A stretch of DNA of 64,000 bases from the NCBI RefSeq assembly GCF_056746865.1, contig NZ_CM163382.1. One strand, given 5' to 3'. Below the pieces are notes generated by a model. That model was not told the DNA's origin and made no database searches. It was given only the letters and a program-made list of their open reading frames with translations. Below are positions 58,627 to 64,000 of the stretch, in pieces; the stretch's first letter is position 1, and the number at the start of each line of letters is the position of its first letter. The translations under genes and the position numbers were made by a program.

Positions 58627-59685
58627 TTATTTGCGCAAGGCCCGGCAAATCAGATTCGATAGCAACTCAAGCTGATGTGCCGTTTCCATGTTCAGCCACA
58701 CATAACCATAGATTGGTGTTTCCACAACCTTCAGGTCATGGTGGTTATCGAGCAACTGACGCAGCTCTTCCACAGCATCGTTCAATTTTTCCGTATTGGC
58801 AAAAACCGGCTGCGGATTACCTTCGTACAGCGCATGAACAAGGCTCAGCAGTATTTGCTGCATCATGTGCTGGGTATCACGAAGTTTTTGCGCGTTCAAT
58901 AACACGAAATGGCTGGGGCGCGTGGCCCAGTACGCATTGATTTGCAACTCCAGCATACAAACCAGATTGCGGTTAATGGTCTGGATACCTTCATATATCG
59001 ATTTGGGAATACGGGTTTCTTTGCTGGCGGGCGCAATCAGCCCACGCATTTTCACGGCATCGGTCAGCAGTTTTTGTAGATGGCTTTCCAGACGTGGGCG
59101 TTCGAGTAAGTTCGGTGAGAATGCAGATTGATAGACCCGATTATACTCGGTCAGACTTTTCGCCAGTTGAATGCGCCAGTGGATGAACGCCCGTTGTGGC
59201 CAGATACCGGTAAACAACATTGCCAGTAAAGAGCCGAGGATCACATCGCCGCTTCGCCATAACGCCGTATCAATTTCACCTGTCGGGGAACCCACAACAA
59301 TTGCCAGCGTCACCCCAATCAATAATCCTTGATACGGTTTCTTGCCCAGCGCCAGCCAACCGCAAAGAAACATCGCCGCCGCGCACCAGACTAACATCAG
59401 CGGTAACGAAATTAACTCCAGTTGCAGAGCGATAAGACCTAAAATCGACCCCAACACCGTACCGCCAATACGTTCGAAGGCACGAGGGACAACGTTCCCC
59501 CAGAACGAGATTGGCCCCATAATCACCACCATGGTGACCAGCGGCCAGGTGCTTTCCGGGATAGTAAACAGGCGGATAATGAGAAAAGTGAGCAGGAATG
59601 CCAGCGCGACCCGAGTACCATGCACAATGCGGTAATGGCGGTATACCCGGATTTCAAACGGGCTTAATGACTTATCGGCACGCAC
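58627..59685 (-). CDS. yeeA: Inner-membrane FUSC-family protein YeeA, 352 aa
   Basis: Starts MRADKSLSPFEIRVYRHYRIVHGTRVALAFLLTFLIIRLF. The N-terminal half is multi-TM. Confidence 0.9.
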   Translation of the reverse strand: MRADKSLSPFEIRVYRHYRIVHGTRVALAFLLTFLIIRLFTIPESTWPLVTMVVIMGPISFWGNVVPRAFERIGGTVLGSILGLIALQLELISLPLMLVWCAAAMFLCGWLALGKKPYQGLLIGVTLAIVVGSPTGEIDTALWRSGDVILGSLLAMLFTGIWPQRAFIHWRIQLAKSLTEYNRVYQSAFSPNLLERPRLESHLQKLLTDAVKMRGLIAPASKETRIPKSIYEGIQTINRNLVCMLELQINAYWATRPSHFVLLNAQKLRDTQHMMQQILLSLVHALYEGNPQPVFANTEKLNDAVEELRQLLDNHHDLKVVETPIYGYVWLNMETAHQLELLSNLICRALRK

Positions 59686-59882
59686 TCAGAAACTCCGTAA
59701 TGAAGATGAAAAGCGCTCATAACACATCTGTCGGCCAGAAGGCGCGCCTCTGAGTTATCCGACGGACATACCGGGAACAGTGTAATTTCCCGGCAGGAGC
59801 GAAAAATTTGAAAGGCGCATCTTACTCTTTTCGCTTTCAAAAAAAGAGTGGTCTTCGCGTTAACACACCGCCCTGAGATGAA

Positions 59883-60356
59883 TTAGTGATGTTTTGGCTG
59901 CACCGCAACATACATTTCGATATCCCAGTACCCATCTTCCGCGCCATTGTTCAAGTAAACCTCGAAGCAGGGCTTTGGTAACATTTCATAAGCACTGTCC
60001 TGCAAGAGGCTATTAAAGAACTGATACCAGGGTTTAGCAAAATCATCACCGACTACACGAGCCACCGCCACCGCATATTGACCACCTGAAATTTCTGTCA
60101 GAATGACGCCCTCACTGTTTTCGGGGAGCGTAAAGTTATTCGGTACCGTCACGACGGTGTCGCAGCGTAATTTTTCGGCGGGTGTTTCATCCGGATTGTC
60201 GTAATAGACAGCAACCCACTCCTTCGGCACAATATTTTTGCTATCTACCCACATCATCAACTGCTCAAAACCTTTCTTTACCGTCTGTTCCCACGGGCCA
60301 ACGAGATGGAAACCTGCAACGGTACGTTTCTCTTCCTGCTTAATCTCGTAGTTCAT
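59883..60356 (-). CDS. sbmC: DNA gyrase inhibitor SbmC (GyrI), 157 aa
   Basis: [66 protein letters not shown]... Confidence 0.9.
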   Translation of the reverse strand: MNYEIKQEEKRTVAGFHLVGPWEQTVKKGFEQLMMWVDSKNIVPKEWVAVYYDNPDETPAEKLRCDTVVTVPNNFTLPENSEGVILTEISGGQYAVAVARVVGDDFAKPWYQFFNSLLQDSAYEMLPKPCFEVYLNNGAEDGYWDIEMYVAVQPKHH

Positions 60357-60474
60357 GACGCCTCCATTGATGCTGTTTTTATATACAGTATAGTTGCAAA
60401 ATTAAAACCACAAGGAATGAGTGTTGATTATGCGAGCAGACTCGCACTCCTGCCAGTCTGCTGCAAAAGAAAGG

Positions 60475-61647
60475 TCAGGCCTTATGGTGGAAATAATCAC
60501 TCAGGCGAGAAAACATGCTGCCTTCCCCGACAGATTCCAGGGTAACCAGCGGCCAGTGCGCCACCTGTTTATCACGGTCGTAAAGTTCAATTTCCCCTAC
60601 CCGCTGATGGGCGCTAATTGGCGCGGTGAGCTCTTTACCATCAAGGGTATATTTGGCTTTGATATGTGGAATTTCGGCTTTCGGTAGCACCATCCAGAAC
60701 TCTTGTTCCGTTCCCAGGTCGATATTTTCTTTATCGCCATACCAGATGCGTTCCGTTCCGACCTTTTTCCCACGGTGCAAAATTTGCACCGTAGTAAAGT
60801 TTTGTTGCCCCCAACGCAGTAATTTTCTTGCCTCTTCCTCACGACCTTTTGCACTGTCAGCCCCCATTACCACTGCAATGAGACGACGCTGCCCATCTAC
60901 AGCCGAAGCAATGAGATTAAACCCGGCACCAGAAGTATGACCCGTTTTCAGGCCGTCAACATTCATGGTTTTATCCCACAACAACCCGTTACGGTTTTGC
61001 TGGGTGATACCGTTCCAGGTGAGACTTTTCTCACTGTACATATGATAAAACTCGGGCTCGCCGTGGATGATAGCGCGAGAAAGCACAGCTAAATCATAAG
61101 CCGAGCTATGCTGGCCAGGTGCATCCAGACCATGCACTGTTTCAAAATGCGTATCCTTGAGATGCAACTTCTCGGCATAGTTGTTCATCATTTCAACAAA
61201 CTGCCGTTGCCCACCGGCAATATAGTCAGCCAATGCAACACAAGCGTCATTTCCGGAATCCACAATTAAACCACGGCTTAAATCACGTACCGATACGCGA
61301 TCGCCCTCTTTCAAAAACATCAGTGAAGAACCGACAAACACCGGATTATCTTTCGCCCACGCATCGCGCCCCACGGTGACAATATCGTCTGGCGTAATGC
61401 GATGACTATCGATAGCGCGATCCACGACATAGCCCGTCATCAGCTTTGTCAGGCTGGCGGGATTGCGCTGTTGATGCTCATTACCCGCGGTGAGGATCTG
61501 TCCGGTGGTGTAATCCATCAGTACCCAGGACCCGGCATGAATCTCTGGAGGCTGAGGTGAAAAAGGAATGTTTTCCGCCGCAAAACCAGACGATAAGTTA
61601 AAAACGAACAAAGAAGCAGCAATAATAAGACGGCGTTTCAACAGCAA
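60475..61647 (-). CDS. dacD: D-alanyl-D-alanine carboxypeptidase PBP6b
   Basis: Signal peptide, SLTK active-site motif (PASLTKLMT), SGN, KTG (LKTGHT). The start is uncertain: TTG at 61647 or TTG at 61641. Confidence 0.9.
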   Translation of the reverse strand: MLLKRRLIIAASLFVFNLSSGFAAENIPFSPQPPEIHAGSWVLMDYTTGQILTAGNEHQQRNPASLTKLMTGYVVDRAIDSHRITPDDIVTVGRDAWAKDNPVFVGSSLMFLKEGDRVSVRDLSRGLIVDSGNDACVALADYIAGGQRQFVEMMNNYAEKLHLKDTHFETVHGLDAPGQHSSAYDLAVLSRAIIHGEPEFYHMYSEKSLTWNGITQQNRNGLLWDKTMNVDGLKTGHTSGAGFNLIASAVDGQRRLIAVVMGADSAKGREEEARKLLRWGQQNFTTVQILHRGKKVGTERIWYGDKENIDLGTEQEFWMVLPKAEIPHIKAKYTLDGKELTAPISAHQRVGEIELYDRDKQVAHWPLVTLESVGEGSMFSRLSDYFHHKA

Positions 61648-61849
61648 ACCCTCAGGAGTTTCAAATAGCTGTTCTTTTTACGGAAATACTTATGAACTGG
61701 CTGGAATAAAGTGCAAGAAAATGTGACTACCCTCTCATTTTCATCTGACATGATCTGTTGCTACTCGCTGTCAAATTGTCGCGCTAAAGCTGATTAGCAC
61801 GGTGATATTTGATACTCTGGCAGACAGCAGAAATAACGGATTTAACCTA

Positions 61850-63277
61850 ATGATGAATGACGGTAAGCAACAATCTACCTTTTTGTTTCACGATTACGAA
61901 ACCTTTGGCACGCACCCCGCGTTAGATCGCCCTGCACAGTTCGCAGCCATTCGCACCGATAGCGAATTCAATGTCATCGGCGAACCCGAAGTCTTTTACT
62001 GCAAGCCCGCGGATGACTATTTACCCCAGCCTGGAGCCGTATTAATTACAGGTATTACCCCGCAGGAAGCACGGGCGAAAGGAGAAAACGAAGCCGCGTT
62101 TGCCGCCCGTATTCACTCGCTTTTTACCGTACCGAAGACCTGTATTCTGGGCTACAACAATGTGCGTTTCGACGACGAAGTCACACGCAACGTTTTTTAT
62201 CGTAATTTCTACGATCCTTACGCCTGGAGCTGGCAGCATGATAACTCGCGCTGGGATTTACTGGATGTTATGCGTGCCTGTTATGCCCTGCGCCCGGAAG
62301 GAATAAACTGGCCTGAAAATGATGACGGTCTACCGAGCTTTCGCCTTGAGCATTTAACCAAAGCGAATGGAATTGAACATAGCAACGCCCACGATGCGAT
62401 GGCTGATGTGTACGCCACTATTGCGATGGCGAAACTGGTAAAAACGCGTCAGCCACGTCTGTTTGAATATCTCTTTACCCATCGTAATAAACACAAACTG
62501 ATGGCGTTGATTGATGTTCCGCAGATGAAACCCCTGGTTCACGTTTCCGGAATGTTTGGGGCATGGCGCGGCAATACCAGCTGGGTGGCACCGCTGGCGT
62601 GGCATCCTGAAAATCGCAATGCCGTAATTATGGTGGATTTGGCAGGAGACATTTCGCCATTACTGGAGCTGGATAGCGACACATTGCGCGAGCGTTTATA
62701 TACCGCAAAAGCCGATCTTGGCGATAACGCCGCCGTTCCGATTAAGCTGGTGCACATCAATAAATGTCCGGTACTGGCCCAGGCGAATACGCTACGCCCG
62801 GAAGATGCCGACCGACTGGGAATTAATCGTCAGCATTGCCTCGATAACCTAAAAATTCTGCGTGAAAATCCGCAAGTGCGTGAAAAAGTGGTGGCGATAT
62901 TCGCGGAAGCCGAACCGTTTACGCCTTCAGATAACGTGGATGCACAGCTTTATAACGGCTTTTTCAGTGACGCCGATCGTGCAGCAATGAAAATTGTGCT
63001 GGAAACCGAGCCGCGTAATTTACCGGCACTGGATATCACTTTTGTTGATAAACGAATTGAAAAACTGTTGTTCAATTATCGGGCGCGCAACTTCCCGGGG
63101 ACGCTGGATTATGCCGAGCAGCAACGCTGGCTTGAGCACCGCCGCCAGGTCTTCACGCCAGAGTTTTTGCAGGGCTACGCTGATGAATTGCAGATGCTGG
63201 CACAACAGTATGCCGATGACAAAGAGAAAGTGGCGCTGTTAAAAGCGCTTTGGCAGTACGCGGAAGAGATCGTCTAA
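61850..63277 (+). CDS. sbcB: Exodeoxyribonuclease I, 475 aa
   Basis: The Met at 61850 gives MMNDGKQQSTFLFHDYETFGTHPALDRPAQFAAIRTD, which includes the DEDDh exonuclease motif I. Confidence 0.92.
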   Translation: MMNDGKQQSTFLFHDYETFGTHPALDRPAQFAAIRTDSEFNVIGEPEVFYCKPADDYLPQPGAVLITGITPQEARAKGENEAAFAARIHSLFTVPKTCILGYNNVRFDDEVTRNVFYRNFYDPYAWSWQHDNSRWDLLDVMRACYALRPEGINWPENDDGLPSFRLEHLTKANGIEHSNAHDAMADVYATIAMAKLVKTRQPRLFEYLFTHRNKHKLMALIDVPQMKPLVHVSGMFGAWRGNTSWVAPLAWHPENRNAVIMVDLAGDISPLLELDSDTLRERLYTAKADLGDNAAVPIKLVHINKCPVLAQANTLRPEDADRLGINRQHCLDNLKILRENPQVREKVVAIFAEAEPFTPSDNVDAQLYNGFFSDADRAAMKIVLETEPRNLPALDITFVDKRIEKLLFNYRARNFPGTLDYAEQQRWLEHRRQVFTPEFLQGYADELQMLAQQYADDKEKVALLKALWQYAEEIV

Positions 63278-63319
63278 TTTGAAGCCTCCGCCGCTGGTAC
63301 GGCGGAGGACAATGTTGAG

Positions 63320-63547
63320 TCAGGCTTTTTGAACGGTGATGCTCCACGCTGCATCGCCAATCTGCTGATAATCGGTGATGGCATGTCCTTCTTCTGCCGC
63401 CCACTGTGGGATTGCTTCAGTTGCCTGGGTGCAATCAAACTCAATTACCAACTCATCGCCGCTGGCCATTTCTGCCAGTGCTGCTTTTGCTTCTATGAGT
63501 GGAAACGGACAGACCTGCGTCACCACATCCAGCTTTTTAATCGCCAT
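63320..63547 (-). CDS. yeeD: TusA-family sulfurtransferase-like protein YeeD, 75 aa
   Basis: Starts MAIKKLDVVTQVCPFPLIEAKAALAEMASGDELVIEFD, which contains the CPxP motif. Confidence 0.9.
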   Translation of the reverse strand: MAIKKLDVVTQVCPFPLIEAKAALAEMASGDELVIEFDCTQATEAIPQWAAEEGHAITDYQQIGDAAWSITVQKA

Positions 63548-63560
63548 CTTTACACCTTAC

Positions 63561-64000
63561 TTAATTTGCCGCAGCAGTTGCCAGTCGCGCCTTACGCTGC
63601 GGTCGAACATACACAAGCCAGGACGCAGTCCAGACTCCGAGAATCATAAATACAAGGCCAATCCAGCCCTGCCAGGTCATCATTGCAGTCATGACCAGTC
63701 CATTACCGATAGAGCAACCACCTGCAATGCTGGCACCGAAGCCCATCAGTACACCACCTAACCCGCTACGTAATGTTGTTTGTGCATCAGCAGCGCGAAC
63801 GCGGAACTCACGGCTCGCTTTGGCGGCAATAAATGACCCCACGAAGATCCCTAACACCAGGAAAACGCCCCAGTTAATGTATTTCACGTCACCCGCGACC
63901 AGAAATTGCAGAATATTGGCCGTTGGGGAAGTGATGCCTAACCCAAACATACGTCCGGTTGCTTCACTCAGGGGCCAGGCTAAAAGCGCAATCAAACCGA
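63561..64000 (-). CDS. yeeE: Thiosulfate-uptake membrane protein YeeE, C-terminal part only; the gene continues past the window end
   Basis: Hydrophobic translation ...GGCSIGNGLVMTAMMTWQGWIGLVFMILGVWTASWLVYVRPQRKARLATAAAN*. The frame is open to position 64000. Confidence 0.85.
   Translation of the reverse strand, partial: GLIALLAWPLSEATGRMFGLGITSPTANILQFLVAGDVKYINWGVFLVLGIFVGSFIAAKASREFRVRAADAQTTLRSGLGGVLMGFGASIAGGCSIGNGLVMTAMMTWQGWIGLVFMILGVWTASWLVYVRPQRKARLATAAAN

Overview
This window is Escherichia coli chromosome covering the zinT-yodB-serU-mtfA-asnT through sbcB-yeeD-yeeE region (K-12 about 44-45 min). The conserved backbone is recognisable from the translated ORFs: shiA, amn, yeeN, yeeO, cbl, nac, ldtA, cobTSU, yeeX, yeeA, sbmC, dacD, sbcB and four identical tRNA-Asn genes. 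Two accessory segments interrupt it.

(1) Segment at asnT, about 2.7-6.9 kb. It is the decayed remnant of a tRNA-integrated island. It holds a P4-type integrase with an in-frame stop, an ORF-poor spacer with repeated hairpin and box modules, and an intact second tyrosine recombinase. The 5' part of yeeJ is deleted, and the remaining yeeJ also carries a nonsense codon. Downstream, yeeL is split by a complete IS2 with a 5-bp duplication.

(2) Mosaic between cobU and yeeX, about 25.9-58.0 kb, in the slot of the K-12 CP4-44 prophage. Its parts, in order:
- IS2-like and IS66-like debris.
- A four-gene metabolic module: a DeoR-ribokinase fusion, a GATase1-like protein, a DMT transporter and a Php-type phosphotriesterase homolog.
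- A ggt fragment and a decayed ISL3 element.
- A P4/CP4-57-like regulatory block: two paralogous zinc-ribbon proteins, a YfjJ/Gp2-like protein and AlpA.
- An IS66-family element with an 8-bp duplication.
- A YeeP-like GTPase split by an IS21-family element.
- The usual DUF932, antirestriction, RadC, YeeT, CbeA, CbtA, YeeW tail, with cbtA frameshifted.

The most interesting content sits where flu (Ag43) lies in K-12. It is a tightly coupled three-gene operon encoding a CrfC/YjdA-type dynamin-like GTPase, a 301-aa helical protein and a patatin-like phospholipase. The operon is preceded by a sigma70 promoter and an OxyR-like operator containing three GATC sites, which matches the agn43 Dam/OxyR phase-variation architecture. 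It is followed by an Ivy-like putative lysozyme inhibitor gene pair. No CRISPR arrays or rRNA genes were seen.
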